64,000 bases of DNA. Origin: Dimorphilus gyrociliatus (lineage: Eukaryota; Animalia; Annelida). The DNA lies in NCBI GenBank assembly GCA_904063045.1, contig CAJFCJ010000006.1, forward strand, positions 2,904,946 to 2,968,945. The letters are read 5' to 3'. The notes under the pieces were generated by a model. It saw nothing but the letters and a program-made list of their open reading frames with translations, did no database searches and was not told where the DNA came from. Positions 47,477 through 59,475 of this stretch are shown here, piece after piece; position 1 is the stretch's first letter; every line of letters starts with the position of its first letter. The position numbers and the translations under genes were made by a program.

Positions 47477-50146
47477 TTAGTTTGTTGAAGTATTCGTAAT
47501 TTTCAATAAGAGACCATAAACGAATGTCGTCCCTTGTCTATCAACAGACCATTCAATTTCTTCGTTTGCAAATCTAAAGCAAGAATATTCATTTGTATTT
47601 ATAATTATTATAAAGTTTGTAGTTATACTTACAGCGGATCGAGAATTTTACTTTCATCTGTTGTACCTTTCTGAGTTTTGAAGGTGTTGGGTTCAACTAA
47701 AACTTGTAGTGCAGATTTTACTTCGTATTTGTCCCATCTGACGAATAATATTTTAGATATTCAAGTAAGATTATTAGCTAACTTACTTGGTTGCTTTTGT
47801 GTAATAATCGCAATACCGAATGGTTGGTGAAAGAAGAATTCTTTTAAGACCTTCAGTGTCAGTAGGCATAACTTGTCCATCTATAGTCCTGTGACCACTC
47901 ATTACGAGACTTGGCTGACGTAAAATGCTTGATAACTTGTTGATATTCTGCACCTTGTAGTAGGCTCTGTACCATCTTTCAAATGCTTTTGTAGCTTTTA
48001 CTTGAGGTGGAGGTTTTATACCAAGGCGGCACCAGCCAATAGGAAGAGCATATCTTCTTGAAGGATTTCCCCTATTGTAATGCTCATTATCGTTCCTTTG
48101 GACGTGACAAAATTGACAATAGCACATTACAAACTGGTCGTCGAAAATTCTACCTGGAAAATTTCTTCATATTAACAATGATTAAAATGAGGATAATTGA
48201 ATGTTATACTGTCTATCCGCAGGACGTCCTTTGCATATTTTTTGCAGAGGTCTTGTAGCCAGCACTTCTCTTGACTTTTACCTTTGAAGATTTCAGATAA
48301 TTTTATCAAGCAAGTCTCTGCTACGGCGGAGTAATTTTCAGATTTCACATCCTTCTTCTTCTCTAAGACTTCCTTGAGTCCATTTATTTTGAGATAGGAC
48401 AAAACACTTTTTACATTGGGTCCTCGTGAGCTTCTAAACTCCCCTAAAATTTGAGTAAATGCCTTGTTCAAGCAAGCCAAGGCCAATTCGACAACCCTAG
48501 AATCACTTTCCCTTTGAAGAATCTTTACTATTTCATGAATGAGATGGCTCTTTATGAAATAATTACAATTATAACTGCAATCCATAAATGCATGTATGGT
48601 TTCCAACATCTCTTCCATAACAAGATACTGTCCATTGCAATCCATTGTCTTTCCTTCTGCTCCACATTTTATCATCCTTACAATCTGTTTAAGGATTAAG
48701 TCATCCAAGTTGAAAGACTTTCTCTTTTCGTCACTCAGAATGTTTCCTAGGGACATTGCAGATGATACATATGTCAAGGGGATGCTGTTGGTGTTTTCTA
48801 AATTTCTATAGAGAACTTGTAACATTGGTCCGTTCGCAATGCTTTGTCGCACTTCCGGCACCCTAGAGCAATTGTAAACTGCTCCTAAAAGACAACCCAA
48901 AGAATCAGTTTTCGCCTTGACAAATTTATGAAAAGAAATTCATTAATGCGTATCTGTATAATATACACGCTTATACTTCTCTCGTTAATATGCTGCTTGG
49001 AAGCTCAGTCAGGATCTCTGCGATGATGGAAAAACTATCGAACGACGCAAGAGCCAGAGGTACAGATACACATCTATTTGTGAATGATAGAAGACTTGTG
49101 TTAATGCAAAAGAAGCATCTTGCCGCTGCTTCATTGCGAATATTTTTCCAAAGGAAATGTAAGTATTTTATAACTGTTTCAAATTTGTCAAACGCTACCA
49201 TAATTTGTAAAACTATCTCGCGTTCAACAAGATTATCAACATTAGCCCGTGTAAGTTCTCTAAAACACGAAAAGAGCTGAACAACTGTGTCGCATTCGTC
49301 AACATCTTTCTTTATCATTAAGGTATTTAATAATGCCCATGCTGGAATCACTTTTTCAATTCCAACTTTTCTCTTTTCCTCAGATATTTCCATAGGAGGC
49401 TTGCAGATACTCACTTCACAGTCGCTAACTGTCATGCTTACTGCGGGGAATAATTTGATGTTTTTATCGCAGAATACGTCATCAAGACCACTCAAACAAA
49501 CTCCGTAATCTTCGTCCTCTGATTTAAATATCAAAACGCCCCTATTTAAATCTGCGATCATTGTAAGGCTTTCTGGCACCTCAAAGGTGATAGGTTTATT
49601 CTCTGGGTAGCTTGATATAATTCGGCTATTATATAAGGCTTGTCGGGACACAATATCCCACCCAACGGAAGTTTCTTGGCCACCTACAAGTGCCTTGTAT
49701 CCGTTACAAATCAGTGGAGTTTCCATACAAGATAGCCCAATGACACATGAGATATTACCTCTCGAAGACTTGGGGCAAAAAATCTTAAAGATGTGAACAC
49801 CACTTGTATAACCTTCTGTACCTCTTACTAAATCAGTTGTTTTAGTTTTACAGGGCTTTTTCGTCGCTGTTATGTAATTGTTGGACAGCTTAATGTTTGG
49901 AGAGCAATCTCTCGGATCCCATTGAAATTTATTGTCATCTGCAAATCCTGGAGGAAGGTTTTCGCCAGTTGATTCATCATTGTCTGAAGTGACTTCCGCA
50001 AGATGCAAATCTGTTAAAGCTGATAAAAGAACAGCAGCAGTTAAAGCTTCCTTCCTCCTTCGCTCCTGGTCCAAGTGGCCCAAGAGTAGTTGCTTGATAT
50101 ATTCATTGCCATCATCTTCACTAGCAACTCCAAGTTCGTTGCCCAT
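47477..50146 (-). CDS. Cluster gene P9: MG-start SPRY - helical - NEURL4-type ART (His lost)
   Basis: MGNELG; most SPSB-like SPRY (WDPRDCSPNI...TDLVRGTEGYTSGVHIF...GYKALVG...SVGWD); CYCQFCH; WYRAYYKV; SPTIRY; EIEW; stop 47477-47479. Confidence 0.84.
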
Positions 50147-51465
50147 TGTAGCCTTTTTCCGTTCACTTCCTCCTTTCGTTTTGAATTTCAATTAAATAAT
50201 CGAATGAAAATTTTAAAAAAAAATAAATTAAATAATGCGATTATAAAAAGATTCTATTAAAAAACTCTCCTTGTTAAGACATTTTCTAAATGCCATTTTT
50301 AATCATACACTTTAAAAAACAACACCATCAATTATAATAATATTGATAATAATAATAATAATGATATTATCTTTTCTCTAAAAAAAACACTTGTATCTAA
50401 GTTTACTATAGAATTTATTAAAAAAAAGTAATATATAGTAAATATATAATTACAATACTTACAACTTATAATGGTACCTAATCTGATGACAGCAGAGAAA
50501 GTAATAATAACAAATGTTATTTTTTTTAAATTCAACTTTTACTTTCGCTTTTTTATGGTTTGGTGGTTTTTACGAAAATAGCTATTATTATACATTATAC
50601 ATATTATTTAAATACAATTTCCTTTATTTTATATAAAAGATACGAGAACAAAATATTGTTTTTTATGTATACTTATCAGAAAGTACTATAATCCTTATTA
50701 ACATAACAAAGACTCTTGTACTTTCGGTTTTAAATGAATTGGAAATTATTATTAAAAGAATGTTAAATATTGAAAAATTCTCTAATATTTAAGGTTTAAT
50801 AAGAATAATTATAAAGATTTTTAACATATGTATTATTAACTGAGCAAAAATGAAATAACAAACAACGCATACGACCTACATTTACAATATGAATTCAGAC
50901 ATTCTTCGTGAACAGAAAAATGAATAGCAGATATATAAAGATACCTTGAAACAACTGTTTTTTTGTAAATTACCCACTAAATCTTACTTTTTAATTGCAT
51001 TACAAAATACCCTTTTTAAGAGATGCTTTTAATCAGAATAATTTACGTAATTAACGTCTATATAGACAATGGAATCTATTTATAATACAAGGAAATAGTT
51101 CACTACTAATTTTAGTGAATAACTTTTGTTAATGTCACCGAATAGACTTAAGAGAAATGAATGAACTTTGTGTATTATGAATAAATTTATATTTATTATT
51201 TAGTCTATCGACTAAAAATTATAGATTCTAATGAAAGTAACAGCAGTATTTCTTCACCAACTCAAACTTACAATAGCTAACTTTTTACAGTAGTTTCTCT
51301 ATGATAATTAAAACTTTGAAAGTAGATTATAATGCTTAAATGGATTATATGTATTATAATTTTATTCTTTTCAACTATGAATGAATCTTGTTAGTAAACC
51401 CATTTTTTTATTTATAAAAAAAACGGTATAAGACGTTTCGAATGATTTTTCATTACTTTTTCAAG

Positions 51466-54400
51466 ATGAAATATGCAATCAAACTTCTCCGTGTTTTAAA
51501 AATGGAAATTGTATGGAGGATTCCTGCTTTTGTTCTGATGGAAAATGTCATGAAGGTTAATTCCCTTATTACTTTTCAATAGTCTTTTTTTTATCAGTCC
51601 TACATCTTTTTTATACAGTCAAATTTGCTAAAAAGCTGGCAAATAGTTTTCTGCCTAATAAGAAAATAATACGAAATTCTTTAAGAGAATGCTTCGCAGA
51701 ATGTTTACTAGCAGAAGATGAGTGTGTTGCGTTTAATGTTTTAGACGTGTCGGTCTCTTCTGAAGAAACGCTTCTTGAATGTTATTTGGCAAGACAAGTT
51801 ATATATCCATTACAGCAAGACAATATGAAAATAATGTTTATATTAAAAGGTTTAGAGGTTCTAATCGTTTGGTGAATAATTGAAACATTATTAATTTTTT
51901 CTAAGATAAAGAACTTGGAATATGTGGAGACGCTTCGCAAAATAATCAAGATTTTTATGAAGAATGCCACCAGTTGCTGTGGGAACAAGCGGGATGCACG
52001 ACAAATGTTATTAATTTTGACCAAACCCTAAAGGTTATGGAGTTGAAATCAGTGATGCAAAATTTCTATATAAATTCTTCGCATCCTTCATTATCTCAAA
52101 GTTGGACTGAAATAGGAGGAGATTTTCATTATAACAGAGCAATATGTTATGGGATACATGATGTTGATAACTATTATCGATCAAATGCCGCATTGTATTA
52201 TTCTACTTCATCGTTTTCATCTCCCCCAGGGTCTATATACAATTTGAAAAACATAATAGACAACACATTTGTTGAATCTGACGGAGGATGCTTCAGAAAA
52301 TCTCCTAATTTAGACGAGCTTAGGTTTATGATCGGGATTAGGCACCCTTTAATTATAAGAAAATTTATTATCTGGTCTTGTGAAACATGTGGTAGGCCAA
52401 AAAAATTGAACATATTTTTGATTGCCTTTTTCATTTTATGACTTCTTTAAACAGATATAGGTACAACAGATATATTAATAACAAATAGCTGGTCTAAAGC
52501 AAATACTGCTGAAACAAGATGTCAGATAGGGGCAATACTTTATCCTGGGATTGCAAACGAAATTCTTTGCAATTCGACAACTTTAAAACCTGGGAAGTTT
52601 TTTCATCTATCATTCACTACTGAAGTGATTTGTGAAGTTAAAATGTTTTCAGGTATTTCTTTCCAAGCCTTTCCATCTTTTGTTCATAGAATTTATAATT
52701 ACAATAGACAGTATTACCTATATGAAGCAAATTTCTGCCTCAAATGATAAATCATATTCCGCTTGGAGGGTTCATCTGTTTGATAACTCATATTATAAAT
52801 TTTTCTCAACTGTTGACCATTGGTTGGCGATTCACTTAGTAGGACTATATAGCGTTGAGTTTGTTGACATCCTACCAAATCCAAATGTACAATATATGTT
52901 TTTTATTTCTGTTACAAACTATCATCCGTCTGCTTTCTGGCCAAGCCCAGAGAAAGAGGAATGCGGATCTTTTAATGCTACACGTGCTGAAATGTATACC
53001 GTAAAGTGTAGAAATCGTGGAGTTATAGGAGAATTTCTGGTTGTTCAAGTTCATATGGTTGAAAATCAAAATGGATATATAAGATACATATCAGCTTATG
53101 GAAAATATATTGGGCCAACTAGTAAGTATTTTTCAGCATAGAGTTATGAAACATAAGCAATTGAAATAATTATTATATTGATATCAGAAAATAACACAAA
53201 CGCTGCATTAGAAAAACCGGCATGGTTTGGGAAACTTGTATCTTCCGCAAAGTCAGAAGCTTTTGTTACCGATGATCTGATTTCGTATTCAGCTTCAATT
53301 ATTAGAAATTTCCCTAATCCTTGGGTAATGATTGACCTTTTAAACAATTACGTTGTACATTACATGACATACAATTTTGACAGACACAGTAAGTGACGCA
53401 GCAAGATTTTTCTTTTATTCATGTATATATATTTCATTTAGATAATCGAAATAAAGAATATGCTAACCTTAAGGGTCATATTACTCAAAAACCAATTCTA
53501 GTTGGTACGAATATAGATGTCGATCAGTTTAATTGTTTCGAAAACAATAAAATATCAGATTCAGGAAGGTATATGGGTTGGAGTTGTTTTGAACCGTATC
53601 CCATTGGAAGATTTGCCTTGTTTTTCATTTCATCATCAGATACAATGTATATCAGAGAAACGGGAGTTTATGGCGTTAAGTTAGCGACTCCCCTGGCAAA
53701 ATTGACTTCAGTTAATGTAAATACAATTGATCCGGCTATTACTTCTTCGCTTCACAAGAGTCATCCAATACAAGCTATCGATAATAGTTATCTTGCTCAT
53801 ATTTATGATCAAGTTCACAGCTGTGGTAGAGTAAAAGACGCTACAGAAAGTAGATATTCAATTAACCTGGACAGTATCTACGATGTGTATCAAATACTTG
53901 TTATATTCCCCATGGAAAACATAAATCTCTTCCTTGAAGTCGTAGTCGGTGTTGAAACGGTAGAATTCCTACCGGAAATAAATGTTTGTGGAGTGACAAA
54001 AAATATTGGTCGAATGCCTTATTACTTCAATTGTTCACATGGTACAACGGGAAATAGAATATCATTATACAAAAGCCAAGGATATATTCAAATATGCGAA
54101 GTTAAAGTCTACGGCGTAAAGAGTGAAGTGAAAAGTAATAGTTTCTATTAAAATACTTAATTAATCTTTAACTTTATAATGATTAATCCTTTTTATTTAG
54201 GTAGAGAACGACTAAAAGCTACACTATTTTATAATCTCCAGTTTAATCAGATATCTAAATGTTCAATAAATAGTGGATTAATAATGATATTCGACAAAAT
54301 TGCTACAGTTTACGGTATAGCTATTCAATTTGAAATGATTCCAAAAGACTATGAAATACATTTAATGAACGGACCCTCAAAGATCCTTTGCAAAGCAGGA

Positions 54401-54929
54401 AATAATAATACATACGATATGACCGAACTAAAAAATACTAAATATATATACTTTCATTGTGATGAAAAGTTTTATGCGGATACTGTTATATTTCAATCTA
54501 AAGATTTAGCTGAACAGGTTCAAATATGCAATGCAACAGCTATTGTGGATTCAAATTCAATCATTTCAGTCAACTTCAGTTTGTTTTATTATTATTATAC
54601 CTTATTATAAACTTTATTCAATTGACCATAATTTATATTTATTATAAACAGCTACGTGGAAGGCGAAAAAGCATATGAAAAAATTAAAAAGTCAATATAT
54701 CTCTAAAGAGAAATTGAATATTAAAAACGTAATAAATTGTATACAGCTTTGTGAAAAGTCAACAAACTGTTCAAGTCTATCATACAATCAAAATGACGTT
54801 ACTTGTTCATTATCATCATTACAAATATTCAATCATAATTTCGATGTTTACTTAGAAAATTCTTTAAATTATGAAATATTTATTTCACCAAATCCAGATA
54901 TCAAACTTGATTACTGTCCTATAGGCTAA
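51466..54929 (+). CDS. Multi-domain protein: EGF-like, PAN/apple, ~5 degenerate F-type lectin/F5-8C (discoidin) domains, C-terminal PAN; true start not located
   Basis: EICNQTSPCFKNGNCMEDSCFC; RECFAECLLAEDECVAFN; NAALEKPA...NPWVMIDL; repeated CEVK[MV][FY][SG] domain ends; NCIQLCEKSTNCSSLSYNQNDVTCSLS. Short introns join the ORFs in frame. Confidence 0.7.
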
Positions 54930-54979
54930 AAGTAAAGTTGTACTAATGAAACTTTAAGAATAAACTTGTAAATGCCAGT

Positions 54980-56222
54980 TTAAAATGTTAATTTCAAGTT
55001 TCTAATACTCTTTATACGTATTAGAAAATTCTTTGTTTCTCTAGGGAAATATATGCAATTTTTATAATCATTCAATTCCGATACAATTTGAACTAGTTTG
55101 TCAATATCATTAAAATGTCTTTTATCAATTCCATTATTTTCAATTGATGATAAATTCCTTAAAATTGAAGAGAAAATTTTGTTTAAACACGTTGCAACAA
55201 TTTCCGGATTGAAAATTGTATAGTTTTCCTCAAGATGAGAGTTTTTCATATCTTCTACAATATTATCTATTATTCTAAGGAGGCCAATGCTAGTTAGGTA
55301 TAGAAAATTTTCGGGAATATCTATTAAAGAAATGATATTTTCTAAAATCTCATTCTGATCGAATGATATGGGTCCTATTACGAAATCTTTTCTTCCTTTA
55401 CCGTACGAATTGAATAATTCATATATGGCATTTAAATTAATTGCTATAATAAGTAATATAACAGAGATTATTCAATAGAAAAGAACTTGTTTAAAGAATA
55501 CCTTGAATTTTCCATACTTTTCTCTTTTTCTCACTTAATATAGTATTTAAGGCCAGAGTATTTAATACCAAAGTAGCATCATTACAATTCTTATCAGTAT
55601 TAAAAGCTAACAGTAAATATTCTAACTCTTCGTCGTTAAATTTTACAGACCCAGCCTGACTTTTCAATACATTGAATATTATACCAAAACAAGGCATTAA
55701 TATATTATTTATTCTTGATATTTTGTCACTTTTCACTTGATTTAGGCATACTTTTATAATATCTAAACACTTTGTTTCCAATAGCATTAGAGGCAATAGC
55801 GAATTATCGTTACAATAATTTTGAATGAAATTACTCATTAGTATAAAACAATTACAGTGTTTGCTGTTTTTGTAATTAGCCCATAAATATTCATAAAATG
55901 ACATTAGATTATTCATTTTATTTGAATCTCTCATAAGCCTTAAGAATATCCAATAGATATTCTTTGTCTTTTTTAATGTATTTTGACGATTTAGTAGTTC
56001 TATTATAATTTCATTGATACTTCTTAAATTTTCTGACCGACTCCGAATCGTAAACAAATCGTGAAGACGATTCCATAAATTAGTACAATATGAGAGTTCT
56101 TTATCTACATCGTAAGTTGACAATGATGATAATGAGGAAGACGATGAAGACGACGATAAAGATGACGATGAAGAAATTGTTAAAGATTCCGTATTGTTCG
56201 CCTTTAAATAGGTTAAATTCAT
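54980..56222 (-). CDS. Cluster gene P10: helical region only, with N-terminal poly-Ser (no SPRY, no ART)
   Basis: FYEYLWANY...CFILMSNFIQNYCNDNSLLP...CLDII matches P11 YFKYTWDNF...CIVMSSFIQNNCENNSMFP...CLDLI. Two exons share the family intron after WKIQG. Confidence 0.72.
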
Positions 56223-56605
56223 GTTTCTTACAAGAAGAAAACAAATGTTAAACTTCGTTCGTGATAACTTAAGAAATGAGTAAATATGAAATGGAGATTA
56301 ATTGATAAAAATATATTAAGCGATAGTTTATCAATATCCACTTTTCTCTATTGATTTTCTTTTATATTTTGAATATTAAATCACTTAAAATACAGTAAAA
56401 GTGATAAGATATTTTTTACAAGAGCTTATAAAATATTAATCATTATTTTTTATTAATATTAAACTGGTTTTAACCTAATTTGAATCCTTGTTTACGACTT
56501 ACGCCAGCCTGTCTGCCTTGTTCATGTGACAACATTAATACTAATTAATATTCTTTTGTTTTTGAGTAGAAATCAAACTTTTTATTTTCACATTCAACGT
56601 CGTAA

Positions 56606-56678
56606 GCCCGGTTAGCTCAGTCGGTAGAGCATGAGACTCTTAATCTCAGGGTCGTGGGTTCGAGCCCCACATTGGGCG
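56606..56678 (+). tRNA. tRNA-Lys-CTT: tRNA-Lys(CTT)
   Basis: 73-nt GCCCGGTTAGCTCAGTCGGTAGAGC...GGTTCGAGCCCCACATTGGGCG; anticodon CTT 56639-56641; A/B boxes; downstream T-run Pol III terminator. Confidence 0.97.
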
Positions 56679-56766
56679 AATAATATTTTTTTACTTTTTG
56701 TTTTATTATGCAAAAGTCATTAATAAACCATTTATTATCTAATTATGTCATAAAAATATTGTATAT

Positions 56767-59475
56767 TCAATTTTCAAGAGTTTCTTGTTTGTCTATCAGT
56801 TTAATCAATAACCCGCGTATAACTGCCATTCCTTTTAAATTTATCGACCATTCGATTTCATCATTGGAAAATCTAAAATTTACAAAATATTGAAATAAAA
56901 GACAACGGAGAAAATGAATTAAAACTCACTTTGAATCGAATGGGGAATTTGATCCAACAACTTCTTTTCCTAGTTCATAAGTACCAGGACAGACTAACAA
57001 GTCAAAAGCAACTTTAACTATCTTGTTATTCCATCTATGTATAATAATAAATATTACATAAAGAAAGATTAATTTTAATTTAATAAGTACACGTATGATT
57101 CGGCAAAAGCGTCTAAACCGGCGTATCTTAATGAAGGAGATATAAACACTCTTTCTTTCGCAGTCTCTCCACTCCTATCAAATGATCGTTTCTTAGAATT
57201 GTCTAAATTTGATGGGGATGACACAATATCTCCTTGCCGTAGAATTTTCGAAATATTACCGACTCTTGTTCCATGATAAGCTCTATGATATTTCTTTAAA
57301 ATATCTTCATTTAATATTCGAGAGTGAGTCTTCAATCCTAATAAATACCATCCAATTGGAACAGAATAAGCCCTTGGTGGAATACCTTGATAACAATATT
57401 CCTTAAAATTTCTTGTTGAATGACAAAAACGACAATGGCACTCTGTGAATTCTTTATTAATGTGTTCACCTATGAATAAAAGTTACCTTTTGAACTATAT
57501 ACTATATAGCTATATTTGACAGATATGTTATTATTTTGAGATAAATACTTTACCACTTATTAACAATACATCATCAATAAATTTCTTACAGTCATTCTCT
57601 AATAGACAAGCTTCAGAAGCAAATTGATAACTATCAATTGACCATATTTTAATTAAACAAATTTCAGCTGATTCAGCTAGACCATTTATTTCATTTTTAG
57701 ATAAATCTTGTAATTTTTCCCTTATTTTTCCTTGTTGCAGTTTACCCTTTTCACTTTCTTGTAGACTTTTATCCGTAATAATTACAGATAGAATTGTATT
57801 TAAACAAGTTATTGTAAATTTTACATTAATTTCTCCAGTTAGCTTATGACAAAGAATTTCAAGTAAAAAGTCTATCAGTCCATTATGAATCATATAAATA
57901 CAATTCTCAATACATTCTAACGTATATGATAAACATTCTAGAATTTCTTGTAAGTAAAAAACAATCCCTTCAAAAATTGTTTTTGATTTGATGGTTGATT
58001 TAATTTGCTCTAATAATAAATCAAGAATACTCTCTGTAAATATTAATATTTAATTTATATTAGATAAACGAGAAATTTAAAGTATAATGCCGATTTTTAC
58101 CTTCAATCTTCCAAAATTTCTTATCTGGTAATATACGGCCTAAGGCCATCACTTTTAGAAAGCTCACACCTAAATCATACCTTTGAAAATCTGGATAATC
58201 CTCTAAATATACTCGAAGATCTCTATCACGAATTTCGTCAGCCAACTTTGAAACTTTAGAGAAATTATATAATATTCTCAAAATGAAAGTAAACACTGAT
58301 TTCTTTGCCTGGTTTTTGTTTTTGATTAGAATTATATAATATAGATATAAATGAAAGGTTGAGAAAGAAACATTTAGTTTTACCTCTATATCTTCGACAG
58401 CTCTTTCGTTATTTCCTTTTTCAAGAACATTATGAATTAGGTCCAAACATCCCTGTCTTGCAATTGCGGATGGAAACATTGAATTATTCTCACAATTATT
58501 TTGTATAAAACTACTCATAACAATACAATTTGCTTTGCTCTTCTCCATATGAAAATTATCCCAAGTGTACTTAAAATAGGCCATTAAAGTTTCACCTCCA
58601 TCGAATTTGAGTAACATATTTAAGAAAACTGCATGAGCACCTTTCACTCTTTTTATTAACCGACAACAGGATTCCAATTGAAGTATCATAAGCTGAATGC
58701 TATCTGCATACTTTGTTCGTCCCGTTTTCATCATGATATTGACTTTTGTCCACTTCCTCGATAAGTCAGAAAATGACAAAATAGGAACCATGTACGAAAT
58801 AACATCATTTAAAATATTCATCCATGAAGTATTCATCTTAAACATTGTTACTTGACTTCCAATCGATTTCATTGCTATTGTTGGATAAAGTTTTATTCCC
58901 CGATTGCCAAAAGCAGTATCCAAATCCCTACAGCACACTCCCAAGTGCCTATTTTCTACTTTAAACAGTAGTACTCCATTATAAAGGTCTAATATCATAA
59001 CAAAATTATCTGGCACTTTATAGTTTGAATCAATTTCCAATGGATATTTGCTCATTATTGCATTATTAAAAATTGATTTATTGCTAATAAGATCCCAGCC
59101 CATAACTACTTCAAAACCGCCAAAAACTTCTCTTGGTAAATTACCTGATACTTTGCAGGAGATTCCCATAACCGCCGAATCTTGACCTCTCAATCTAACT
59201 GACCAATTTACTGAATAGACGTGAATACCGGATATCTGTCCGTCGGTACTTCTAATAATATCCATAGTATTCGTATCGGTAACTTTAGTAACTGACGATC
59301 CATCCTTAGTTACTGTAATATTTTTGGAGCTTCGTTCGTCCCAAAATGCAGGAATTGATGCGGCTGAAATGTTTTCATCAACAAATTTCCTAATGCTACT
59401 CTGACTTTGAGTTTTTTGAATTGGAACAGAGATTTTATGAACGGTTTGCTGAGGTACGCCCAAATTGCAGCCCAT
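56767..59475 (-). CDS. Cluster gene P11: MGC-start SPRY - helical - NEURL4-type ART
   Basis: MGCNLG; SPRY GQISGIHVYSVNWS...MGWD; CHCRFCH; YHRAYHGT; SPSLRYAG; AFDLLVCP; EIEW; TGA 56767-56769. Confidence 0.84.

Noticed and set aside
20666-59475. Bacterial toxin or horizontal-transfer origin of the ART domains
   Set aside because: The domains match animal NEURL4 motifs, carry conserved spliceosomal introns and have host-like composition.
20666-59475. Calling the cluster genes NEURL4 or SPSB orthologues
   Set aside because: No NHR repeat array and no SOCS box are visible; only single domains are shared, so no gene symbol was assigned.
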